From Lepidodermella squamata (lineage: Eukaryota; Animalia; Gastrotricha): 64,000 nucleotides of DNA. The first letter of the stretch is position 1; every line of letters begins with the position of its first letter. The position numbers and the translations under genes are program-made. This document shows, piece by piece, positions 39,896 to 51,900 of the stretch. Where the stretch lies: NCBI GenBank assembly GCA_047495785.1, contig JBLDXI010000015.1:744001-808000 (forward strand). The letters are read 5' to 3'. The notes below the pieces were generated by a model. That model was not told the DNA's origin and ran no database searches. It saw only the letters and a list, made by a program, of their open reading frames with translations.

Positions 39896-42259
39896 ATGAA
39901 TTTTGTTCTCTTCATCCTGGCTTTGCGAAGCCAAATGATCATTGTCACTGGCTTGAAAGACAAAACTCTTACCATTCTCAACCTAATACCATTCACAGGG
40001 CTCGATCCTCAAAAAGGCGAATCTTGCCAATTATCAAGCCAACTCGTCCTCGACCTGGTCAACAATCGAACAGACATTTTGCGAGACTATCGCCTTGAAA
40101 TGGATTACGAAGACGAGTCTGTCGGGCGTCAAGCTTTCAAACAGGTCTTGAAATTCCTTGACAGGCAAGACATCGAAAACAGAGCTCCGATCATGGTAGG
40201 AACGCAATATTCCAGTGGCTGCCGTCCAATAGGACGAACCTTGGGTTACTTAAATGGAGTACTAATCAGCACGTCATGTACAGCCCCCTTCCTAACCGAA
40301 CACTGGAAGTATCCTAATCTGTACCTAAGCGTAACAACAATGAAAACTACTGCGTTCACACAGCTTAAATTCATCCGAGAAGTCGGAAAATGGAATCGAT
40401 TTGGTATTATAACCTTTGCTGAAAATCCTAATGATTACGGGACAGGCCTTTTCATTCAAGACCACGCTATTGCCAATGGGTTCTTAATTTCATGGTTTGG
40501 CATGTTATCTGGCGATGTTGACCAAGGTACTGTGATATCCCTAATGTCTAGCGACACGAGGGTTCTTGTAATCAGCATAAGTTCAGACAAATTGACAATC
40601 CAAATCTTCTGTGAATCGTACCACAAAGGATTCCGCGGTAGTCGCTACGTTTTCATCGCTGACAACTACCAGCTGATCGACCCTTACATTCTACCGGATG
40701 AAATATACCCTGGTTGCACTCGAGATATTGTTATCGAACAAATGAAACAAACATTCTGGACTGGAGCGTCCATGTTTCCTTTCGATGAGGATCGGCCTAA
40801 AAAGTCACACCTGGGTATGACGTGGCCTGAGTTTGAGGTTATCATGGATAAGATGGCCAATGGCAGCCCTCCGGCTGATTCAATGATGCGTTACCTATGC
40901 CACGATTCAGCTCTGAAAACTGTCATAGCTTTGGACGATACCGAAAGAAGACTGAAAGCTATGAATCTAACCTTGTCAGACTACAGGAGTTACCCGGAAA
41001 CTGTCATGAAAATTGCAAATTTCTCAGTTTTGAATGTGAAAGTTGCTGGTTTGAGAGCTGGAAACATGTCCTACAGTCCTAGTGGCCAGGTCGTGGGGGG
41101 TGTAGAAGTCGTAAACTATTGGACGCCGAATGGAGTCCGTCTAGTTGCAACAGTGCACGTGAAAGAGCGGGTTAAAGAGGTCTTTGCCTACGACAGCTAC
41201 GAAATTCGAAATGTCGACCCGGCTTTGACCAGTGGCAAGTTATGGAAATCTCCGAAAGACCAGTTACAGTTGAAAACTCGAGTAGAAAATATTCCAAAGC
41301 CGTTCTTTTACTCGGTTATGGCTATTTCAGCAGCCATCACTTCTATCCATATTGCAGGTATCACAATTGTGATAAGGTTTGAAATAATCGATAAGGAGGT
41401 TTTGTTCCCGAAATGTAAAATCCTCGCATTTCTTGCTATGATTTTGGTTAACGTTGCTGCAATATTGTATGGCCTGTTTGACTTTGATAACATGATTGCC
41501 GAAATCCGATTATGCCTCCTTGTCATCGGACTTGCGATTGTTAACGGATTTCTAGCTTTCCGGCCCATTTTGCTCGCAGGGTCTTGGAAATTGAGACATA
41601 AATCGTTCGCCCCTGAGAGGCACAGCTCAAAGCATTCAAAAGCTGGTACAAAAAAGCCGCAGGTGGATTCGTCACATTCGTCACGTTACACTGTTTCTAA
41701 TGCAAAAAGGTCAAGCAAGAGCAGGCAAGAGCAAGATCGATACCATTATTTGAAATTGCAGCTTCTGGATAAATGTGACAATAAGACTGTAGTCGTTATT
41801 TTACTCTTTGCCTTGGCAAATTTCGGTTTTTTAGTCGGATGGCTACTGGGTGACCCAATTGCATGCTCCATGCAACAAATCGCATCTCTAGATTTTTCGC
41901 AACAACGCGATGAAATCATCGACATTTGGACGAAGGATTGCTCTTCGACAAATTGGTGGTCAGCTTGGATATTTGCGCTTCTGTTCAGCCATCTAGGCCT
42001 GCTACTAGCGGGGTCGTTTTTCGCCTATCAATTATCTCGCACAGCTGGCGAAGCTTGTCCTGAGGTTCCGTGGATGCGGGCTGCGTTGACGAATTCGGCG
42101 ATGCTTCTTTCAGCGGCTTTTCTTATCGTGATCGTCCTTCAAAAATCTCCTGACCAGCATATGACTGTGTCGGCGGCGTGCTTGCCACTAACCGCGATCA
42201 CATCTATTACATGCTTAGCGCAAACCTGGAAACACTCTAACAGGTTCGGAGGTCAATAA
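39896..42259 (+). CDS. Class C GPCR, GABA-B-like (Venus flytrap domain plus 7TM), intronless
   Basis: Signal peptide, LVNNRTDILRDYRLE and FCESYHKGFRGSRYVFI (ANF-receptor-type), no Cys-rich linker, seven hydrophobic segments, short C-tail. Confidence 0.85.
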   Translation: MNFVLFILALRSQMIIVTGLKDKTLTILNLIPFTGLDPQKGESCQLSSQLVLDLVNNRTDILRDYRLEMDYEDESVGRQAFKQVLKFLDRQDIENRAPIMVGTQYSSGCRPIGRTLGYLNGVLISTSCTAPFLTEHWKYPNLYLSVTTMKTTAFTQLKFIREVGKWNRFGIITFAENPNDYGTGLFIQDHAIANGFLISWFGMLSGDVDQGTVISLMSSDTRVLVISISSDKLTIQIFCESYHKGFRGSRYVFIADNYQLIDPYILPDEIYPGCTRDIVIEQMKQTFWTGASMFPFDEDRPKKSHLGMTWPEFEVIMDKMANGSPPADSMMRYLCHDSALKTVIALDDTERRLKAMNLTLSDYRSYPETVMKIANFSVLNVKVAGLRAGNMSYSPSGQVVGGVEVVNYWTPNGVRLVATVHVKERVKEVFAYDSYEIRNVDPALTSGKLWKSPKDQLQLKTRVENIPKPFFYSVMAISAAITSIHIAGITIVIRFEIIDKEVLFPKCKILAFLAMILVNVAAILYGLFDFDNMIAEIRLCLLVIGLAIVNGFLAFRPILLAGSWKLRHKSFAPERHSSKHSKAGTKKPQVDSSHSSRYTVSNAKRSSKSRQEQDRYHYLKLQLLDKCDNKTVVVILLFALANFGFLVGWLLGDPIACSMQQIASLDFSQQRDEIIDIWTKDCSSTNWWSAWIFALLFSHLGLLLAGSFFAYQLSRTAGEACPEVPWMRAALTNSAMLLSAAFLIVIVLQKSPDQHMTVSAACLPLTAITSITCLAQTWKHSNRFGGQ

Positions 42260-42970
42260 CGCAAAAACATGTATGCTCTGCTGAAGCTGATCTCAACTTA
42301 TCATTCACGTGGACCTGAGCCCTCGGTGGTTACCTGCAGTAGTAAAGCGTTGCATCGACTGAAAATAAACTCGAGGATAAAATCACTTTTCTATTATGAA
42401 TTTCAAGGGGCCAAATAGCAAGTAAACTTGCTTTCGCGTGGATTTCAGAATTTTAGAGAATATCCTTTCATTCCTCCACATCTTACGGTAGCACTTAACC
42501 CATTTCTGGATTCAGGAACAATTCTTCATTTCTTTTCATGGACGTCGGCGCCTTTCAAGTCTGAAAATTGAAAAATGTTGTATGTTGTTGTCCTCGTAGG
42601 ATATTAAAATTTAATAAGTTCAGCCGAAGTGATTCTTTGAGCGATTTATTCGTTTTTATTCGTTCTGTAATTGATACACAATATCATCATCATTTCCACC
42701 AGTATATAACAGGGCATCATATCACCAATATATTTTCCCAGATAGGTATATAAGATAATCAGATATAGGTATTTTGACGAGAAAATCAGCAGCAATAAAT
42801 TCCCCAGCTGTAACATTATCCAAAAGGAATGACCAAAAGACTGACATCGGCAAGAAAAAATACGATCACCCGAAGACACAACTGCAGCCTCGAAAAATAT
42901 ACGCAATATCGATAAAAAAATGCTGATTTTTGTAATATTATCATAATATGAATTGTAAGACGAATTTATT

Positions 42971-45900
42971 TCACATCACAAATTGGTAGCCGTTATCCTT
43001 AATGGCATAGAGCACCATCACAGGTAGCGGGATTGCATTCTGCGAGTAAGAGGCCGAGTAAGACGAAGAGGTCGCGGTCGCCCCGCTCGATTTCGCCAAC
43101 ACGCCGCCACTTGGATTCGCCTGCTGGTAGTGCGCATTGATGCGTGTTACAATAATGTCGATGATTTCCGGAATTTTCGACGTCAAATACCGGCGGTAGC
43201 GCGCGTGGCGGTCTGTTATCGATTTGTCGACTTCACCGCCGATTTGAAACGCAGTCTGAGCCCACGCTGTTACGATGTTGCCGATAGATGAGATCGGCTG
43301 CTGTGCGAGGAGGGCGTTGAGGTGTTGAACTTGAAACGCGAGCCAGGACGAGACTGTGCCCAGGGCTGGCGAGTCGACTTCCAGCAGAATTATGTCAACG
43401 TGAGCGGATGGGTTGAAGGTTTTCAGCTTCGGCGACAACGTAGCCACCATCTAAAAAAGCATACAAATATTGAATTTACATTAGCCCTTCGACGTATAAA
43501 ATTAAAAACATTTTCATTGTAGGTATTTTTACTAGCAGCTGGTTTGCCATGGTGGTCTCAACACAATGCTGTCAAATTGCCGGCCTCTTACGATTTCGTG
43601 ACAGAGGGTCTCCTGTTGCAACAAATAGCGTTCATCCTGGACGACCGCCGGGCGAGATAGGATACACTCGATCAACGGTTTAAAATGTCTTACAATTCTT
43701 GGGAAACTTCGATTTGACTTTAACACCGAATTCCCAGGGCGCGATAAAACAAACGTCAAAGGCAAGATGCGAGAGTTTCGCAAAAAGTGATAACAGTGAT
43801 ACGTTACTTCAATTGTTGCAAACGGGAATAAGCTGGTCTGAGAAAAATATTCGACATCTGAGAAATCAAAAACCCAGCGTCCAATGTATAGGCGGTTTGT
43901 AGGTGTTGAAAAGCACAAGAATGGTTACAGGCGGTTATTGTGCATACTATGCAGGGCAAGTTTTTGTGATTCCTTATTGTTGCGAAGGCACGTTATGTGG
44001 AGCTGCAATAAGGCTAGCAAGCAGCCAAATGATGAAGAAATTACTGAACTAATTGCGTGGACCCAAGCGAAATTTCAAAACAAAGCAAAGCGAAGCTCCG
44101 ACTGAAAGGTCACTTCGTTGTGACGGTTTTAGGCGATTTTCTTTAAGAAGCGAGTTGCTAACGAGCCAATATATGAGAAATATTCGTGTCTCTTCAATTC
44201 GAAACATGCATACAATTGAAGCAACAACCAAAGGGCGCCATTTTTAGCAATATGCCCTACAGGTTGGTGATTATCCCTTTTGCTTACATCTGTCATACAT
44301 TATTCGCCAATTTCAAGGTCGTTTTAGCCGAAATTCACGCGATCGCAAGTGAGAAGATGGAGCCGGGCAAGGCGCAGGCTATCTATGGTCCCAAGTACCA
44401 AGATAACCCGATGACCCGTGTCATGGCTGAACTTGAACAAGACGGGACGTGAGGCTTTCATGTTGGATTATGCGGATTTTAACTTGCAGCATAGTTTTCG
44501 AGCTCAGAGCGCTGTCTTTCGGGCCTTACGCGAAATTGGCCTCGCTGTGCTGTCACTCACCCCGACTGGGTTAAGTAAGGCATGCAGTTGGTGCATGGAG
44601 GCGCTGCTCAACCAGTACCTATGTGAAGTACCCGCATCGTGACCACGAGGTGAGCGTTGTACATGCATGATACTTTTCCGATTAAGAGAATTTACTAAAA
44701 AATCTTTGAAGCGATTACGACCTGATTCTCCTTCTTTCAGAGAGCCTACGAAATTCAACCGAGCCAGTCCAGGCCACACTCTAGAACGACTCATTATCGA
44801 GCCCTGACATTGACCTCAATCGTGCGAACCCGAGAAACCATCTCGCGGAAGCGGACCAGCCCGCGGTAGAGCAGTCGCAAAACGTCCCAGGCCAGGTTGT
44901 CGACCCGATTCCGGCGCACGAAATCAAACCGCCTCGTGCTTTAAACCGAGCCGACGATCCCATCAAAGATCCGGTTTTCCAGCGAACTCTCGCCGAAATG
45001 AATGGATTTGTGAATGGCAAGCGTTACACAGTGGTCAATGGCGAGGTGCAGAAGATCGTCCCTAACTGTCTATAAAGCTACGCGGAAGCGATTAGCGGTG
45101 CCTTAATGTAATAAAATATCGTTCGGTGACTCGAATAATTAAAACAGTCGCGAAATAGCTCAAATCGATAAATGCTCATTCAAAGCAGTAAAGACGAGAT
45201 CGGCTTCCAATATTGAAATAAAACAGGATTACTGCTCGAACAATCAGAAGGAACACTCAAGGTGCTTCAGTCGGACAATGGGTTTCATCTCAAAGCCTTG
45301 CCTCGAAATATTGCCCATGTCGGAGTCTACGAGACTTCTACTACACCTCGAAACATTTCATTTTTACGCTAATAGGAATAGATTTATTACCGAAAATGTG
45401 TTATTTCAAGGCATCGAACGCTATGCAGCTTTTCTCTATTCTGGCCCTAATGTCATTTTTTGAAGCTCCATCTGAAGTAATTATGCTACCTAAATACGTG
45501 AAGCTACTAACTTCTTCTCATTGTTCTCTGTAAATTATAAATCGCTCAACAATTTTATCTAATTACCATGAATTTGGTTTTTGGCACGAGGGCTCAATAA
45601 GACAAATAGAAAGCTAGTTCGGCTTGACCTGGATGGCAATTTTTTTAATTAATTTTAATTCGTAATTTACACTCGTAATTTCAAATAAAAATGCGATCAA
45701 AATGTTACCTGAGCTTCAACTCGCCGTTTCTCCTTGACCGGTACGCGTTCTTCGCTAAGCCATAGCACATCAGTGTAAGCCGACAGCCCGCCAGACAGCG
45801 AATTCGACAACTGCTGCTGCTGAGACGCCGCCGATTGCTGGCCCATCTGCTGAAGCGAACCCGTCGCAGAGCCCACAGTAACAATCGGCGTCAACTTCTC

Positions 45901-48900
45901 ACTCGGAACCTGCTGCAGCGACCGTATCGAATCAACCTCCAAACTATTCACACTAATCATCGGCTTCGACTCAACCAACGGCGTCGATTGCTGGCCGAGA
46001 GCGATAGACGCGCCTGTCATCAGCACATTCGACATAATGACATCGAAAACGCCGCCACGGGTCGAACTCTGCTGGAGAAGGCGATAGGCAGCCGCGTTTT
46101 GCAGGCACAACTCCTGGATTGTCATCACAACCTTCGAAAACTCCCCACTCGAGTCGTCGATCGAACGGGAATCAGTTCGATTCGAACCACCAATGCGGAA
46201 GTATAGCTCGAAGGTTATCGTAACATTCGGCGACATGTCTCTCGACGCAGATTTCGCTGGTCTGTCGTGTTTCAGCAGGACTATAACCCTAGGCACTGGT
46301 AAATGGGCTGAGAGGTAGGACTCGGAATTTTCGAGAATTTGCAACGCCTGTCGATGCAAAACTGGCTGAACTACGAAGCCAACGCTGCGAAGCTGCGAGC
46401 AAAATCGCATCAAATCGATGAAACTCGCCTGCCGTTCGTCGGAGCTCACGTTTTCCGCAAGGGCCAACGCTACGGTGATTTCGCCAGAAAAAGGCATGGC
46501 GAGTAACGGGAAACCGGCCGGGATCGAAGTTATCCGCTGCAACGTCTCGAAATCGAAGCTGAAGCCCGCGCAAATTCTAGTGAACTGGCCCTGATTTTGG
46601 CGCTCTGGGCCGAATTTTATCACGTCTAAAATTTGCGAGTAATCCCCGCCAATCGCTAGGGTCGACCGTTTTGCGTCTCCCTCCAACTTCACAGCAGTTC
46701 CTAGCGTTACCAACTGCTCGAGGCGGAAGACGAATTGAGAGTAAATCGAAGTTTGGTGCAAGAAACTCGGCTGTAAAACGACGTTAATCGATGGATATAG
46801 TGATTTCACAACGCCCTGGACGCATTTCAGCTGAGATAACGCGCTCCGAGCGACCAATTGAGCTGATGTACCGTTTGGCGCCTTTTTGAAATCGCGGATT
46901 ACGGAATTGAGACGGTCGATAGTCCACTCGGTGTCGTCGGCGAGAAATTGACTGAGGACTTGCACGATTCGGTTTAGATCTTGTTGGCCGGCTTTAGATT
47001 CCGGGAAGTAAGCGAGCAGCATATCGGTGAGAGATTTCTTATCGAGTTCTGGCGCGGACTTCTGGGAGATTTCCAGGATGAATCGGTCAATTTTCTCGTC
47101 GCTGACCTAAATAAAAATAGAAAGCAATTAATAATGGGCACCACTGCATGGTAAAATCTAATTTCTGTATTAACTGCTGGGACTGCGCCTAGGTTGACTT
47201 AATGGACTTTCAGTTTGTGTCTTTCAACGGATTGAGAGAGCTTCTGGTGTAACAGGATCACTATTTTCAAGGTCCGAATAGTATGCAATCCAATAGCAGA
47301 GCGAGATACGATCGGCCCATTACAATAAAACACAGTCTGAGGCAGTTTTCAAAACGATTAGTCTCATTGTGTTTCCTGTATCATCTGGTTTAGCTTATTT
47401 GCATTGTTTGGCGAGGCAAGGGCCAACCAAAACGCGTCGGACCGGCTCCAAGATGATTAATTGGCTGCATACTCTATTTTGCTAACTACTCTCGGCGAAG
47501 GCCATCTCTGAAAACGTCTAACTTCACTACAAGCAACGCTATTTACTGGGATTGCTTTCGAATTTAGCCAAAGAATTGTCAATCAATCTACCACTGCATT
47601 CGCCCACTATAATGAGAAGAGCGCCGTGGATGGCACTGTCTAAGGTTTGTGCGTGCTGTTTTGCTGTTCCGCTGTTAGTGAGAAGCTCAAGCCACTTGTT
47701 ATTGGCAACGCTGCGTATCCTTGCCCACTCAAAGCTGGCATTGCCAATGCACGGCTATGGAACTTGAAGGGCGCTTTGTGAACAGCTTCGAGAATTTAGT
47801 TGCCAAAATCAATAACTCTACGCGAATTTTTTGCGCTGCAGCTTTGAAAAACGGAGGCTTAACCGGCCGGTAAGTGATGAAAATTACGGGACGCAAGAAT
47901 CTACAACCGTCTTTCATCTAAAAATTGAAAAATTGAAATCTCCGAGATCTTCTCAAAAAAGCTGGCAGGAGCATCTGGCCAGGCTCAAATCCCGGGACCT
48001 TCCAATGAGAAGGCCTTGAAAATCGTCCACGATGAAAACTTGAATCATGATCTTGCTTCCAACTTTTTATAGAAACAGATGAATGGCTCTTAAATAAATA
48101 AATAAATAAAAGAGGAAGTGGCAGCATGAAGTTTCTCTCGAGTCTCGTTTTTCATGCGAATGATGTGAAGCCAATAGTTACTATCAACTGCTGGGACCGG
48201 GCTCAAGTTGATATTCTGGTAACACCGGATGACTTCAACGGAGATTTACCAAAGTGGCGAAGTTTGGAGGAATGACGCAAATCTGCGGCTAATCAAGTTT
48301 GTAACAGCCAATGGTGATTTTTGCCGCTGGGTAATGGCATTGAATGCAATTGAGCAAAAGTGCTCAAAGGAAAGATATTACCAATCAGTGTCTATCAACG
48401 GTATGAGGCGGGTTCTGGTCTATCGGGGTCGCTTTTCAAAGTTTCTGGTTCTTCGAGCTATCAAAGCGAAGACGCGAATTAGATGGGTGTAAGTAGACTT
48501 CAAACCCGACGGTTTCCAGGTAGAGTTCTCCGAAAACTACGCAATTCAACAACAGGATGAAATTCAATCGGTCCATTACGATAAAACACATCTATTCCTA
48601 AATCGAGCATGGCATTTTCTCGCCTCCTAGCATGTAAAAGGCGCTTCGTGAACGTTTTGTCGATACATGACACACTTCTGTCTCGTTACAAAAAATTTCG
48701 CCAGTGACAAATCGATCTTACGCTAATTGTTTCTCTCGACTCTCGACCTGATCTAACGATGTCAAAATCAGACTGCGGCCGTTTGCAAAGGCCAAATAAC
48801 CATACTACTATGAGCTCAATGGCGATAGGCTGCTGCCGCTGCAACTCGACGACGAAGTTTCGTTTGGCATCAAATTCGACGGAGGCGCCGCTGTTCTCGG

Positions 48901-51900
48901 CGATTGAAGTCTCGAGACGACCGATTTAGCCGCGGTCAAATCAATGCACTCAAGCAAACCGACAGATTACGCCGCCACAATAATATTGCGCCTCGTCAAC
49001 AATAAGAGAATGATTTAAAAGTTTATTAAATTAAGCTGAATTTCCAATTTTCGTAGATTTTCTATAAATTAGGATATTCAACCTATTCAATATTTCATTA
49101 TTTTTTCAGAGCTGCCCACGCCAAAGCCTGCCTTCACTCAACCGTCAATCCAAAGCTGATTACCCAGGTTTGCAAGGTTTACGGTACTGACATGCAAGAC
49201 GTTTCATGCGCCCTTCTCGCCTATATATTCTCAAGTCACATGTTCCCAGATGATCTCAAACTACTGGAAAATCTAATTTTCAAATTCCTGCAGCTATCAG
49301 TTAAGTGCTATGGCGACTCTGAAATCGTGACGAAATATCACAATTCCATCCACTATCCACAGCAAATCCTCGACTATGGGCCTTCTCGGTTCTATTCTTC
49401 TCTCGGTTTCAAACGCGGCTTGGCTAAATTATAGCCGAAAAACTACAACAATCCGCTGCAGGAAATTTTGAATATCGCCAAATATCAGTCAATAAAATTT
49501 CTCAACAGCAACTACATTCGTAACTACAATCGATGAATGGAAAGTCGGAAAATTGGCTGGCTACGATATAAATCAGCCTAATTTGGCTATCGATGCAAGA
49601 ATTCACGCATCGATCTATCGATTCTATACATCTGGAGCAACGATAACGACATCACAGCCTGTGGTTGGTTGGTTCGACGGCGGTAAACGCCCGTCAGTAA
49701 AACATCGACCTGACGACATTTCCAGCAAGATCTCATTCCTATTCAATCGATTTTCACTAGTCGGAAGATTGCCGAGAATTTTAGAGCCTGGGAGCCCGAG
49801 ATTGTCATATCTATAAATTTGCTATACACATTTGCGGACTCAATCGCCTCTACAAGACGCGGGTTGCCGAGGCCAAATCGAGAGCTGCTACTGAGCTCTA
49901 GCGTTCGCATCAATCGAAATCCCACAATCGCAAAAGGGGTCAGCTGAGGGCGATGAGGAATCGGATGAGGCTGTCAACAAGCGAGCCATAAATGGTTTTT
50001 TCTTTGTTATAGCCTGATGATGGATGGTCCGCGCAAGGGCCGAAACGTCGCTTACAAATAAGGTTGTTGTTAAAAGCAACCTGCGGTCGCTTTCTTTTTT
50101 ACTGAATATCGATTTCTTTTTTGTTGAAAACTCAGAAAACAGCGGCCCAATTATTGCTACGATGTAAATGATATTTTTCTCACGCGGAACTTGAACATTA
50201 AGCTTGAAATTTTACTTCACAGTTTTCGTGAAATTGTCGAAAAATAAATAATGTATTTTCGCGGATTTTTCCTGGTGAAAAAGCGATTTGATCGGAATAA
50301 ATTTAAATAATTTTAATTAATACGACGAATAAAAATCTAACCTGACCACCACCAGGCAGCGTCATCAAGACAGCTCGCAGCAGGTTGACATGATTTAGCA
50401 CAAAATTCGTCACAATTTTGCGCGGCGTGCCTCGATTTTTCGCCGCCGTTTTCAAGTTGCTCGCAACAAACACGAATTGCTTCCACAAATCCGCGCAAAT
50501 GCAAATCAACTCGGTCAAAACCTGGCAAATCGACGTCAATTCAACGCTACCAGCTGCTGAATCTTGCTGCGAAATCAACAACGGCGCAACGAGATCGACA
50601 GCTAGCTCAGTCCGTTCAGTCGGGTAGCCGCGTTCAACACGAGCGCCGCGATAAACCCGCCCAATTTCAAACCGCCGGCAATCGAAGACATTCGACCGAA
50701 CAATTTGCCTCGCGAAAGCGATTCTTAAATCGTAGGGTAGCGATAACGGAACTCCGGAGGACGATAGCAGGGTTTCTAATTCCAACGAGTCGGAATACGG
50801 CCGTTTCGACGAATTTTCCGGCGATTTAGAAACCGGCAGCAGAAGCGGCCAGTAGTGGCCTCGGCAAGAGAAACGGTGGAAAAATTCACGAATCATTTTT
50901 TCAACCAGCGACCGCTTCCACTGCGTCAGATCTGAGTCAAATTTCTGCGATTGATACAGGAAACAATCGAATAAATAGTCGTCTTTTTGGGTGAGCGATC
51001 GAGTTAAATCCGTGAAGAGGGTCGATAGTAATTGCTTAAATTCCGGGCTATTCTGATTGGCGACAATCGACTGGATCAGCATTGACAGCTGCTTGTCGCC
51101 GAGTTCTGACGGGGAGGGTATCAGGTCGCTGTGGAGAATCTCGTCGGCGCTAGGGCGCGCGCGAGGGGTGCGTCGGGTGAGTAGGGTGACTAGTTGGACG
51201 ACGCGGGACAGCGCTGCATCGGCGACGAGGCGGTCGGGCAGGCACTCGGTGACTTCTTCTTTCGTTGAGCGTTGGATCTGCGACAGCACGCTCGCGCGTT
51301 CGCTGAACGTCTCGAAAAAGTAGAACATTTCCAACAAAACAACGCCCAGGCTGAGAAAAACAAAAAACGAGCAATTAAATTCTTGATCGGGTTTAAAAAC
51401 GCGAAAATACTAGGAAAAATAGTAACAAACAAAAATTATTAGCAAAATTGAATATTTCTGGTATTATTGTAAAATTCATGATTTTTAGGTAATTTTCATG
51501 ACAATTTTCAAAAACAACGTCAGGTAAAGCTCGCTTTGCTCAAGTCCTATAGCAGAGGACTGAGAAAAACGAAACATTTAGTTCAAAAGCCAGGTCAAGT
51601 TTCCAATAAATCATCAGAAAAAAATTTAAATTGGGTGAAGCTCGATATTTTGATCTCACAATATCGGAATTTTAAATCTCTTTTTCTATGCCGTAGACTT
51701 GATAGAAATGAAAAAATTCAGAAGGGGTCGCACGTGATACAAGTTTCGATTTTTGGATCAAAGATGGTTAGATGGTTAGATGGCTGGAGAAGCCCGGGAT
51801 CACGCAAAAATAGATCGGGATTTATTTGGATTCTAAAAATCAATTATAAAATTCTCGGAAATTATTTTTCTAAAATTGCGAATTCGCACAATTTTCAAGT

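Noticed and set aside
44530-44670. TnpB/Fanzor-like zinc-ribbon resemblance ([12 protein letters not shown])
   Set aside because: There is no RuvC DRDxNA motif, and the adjacent motifs fit a toti-like RdRp much better.
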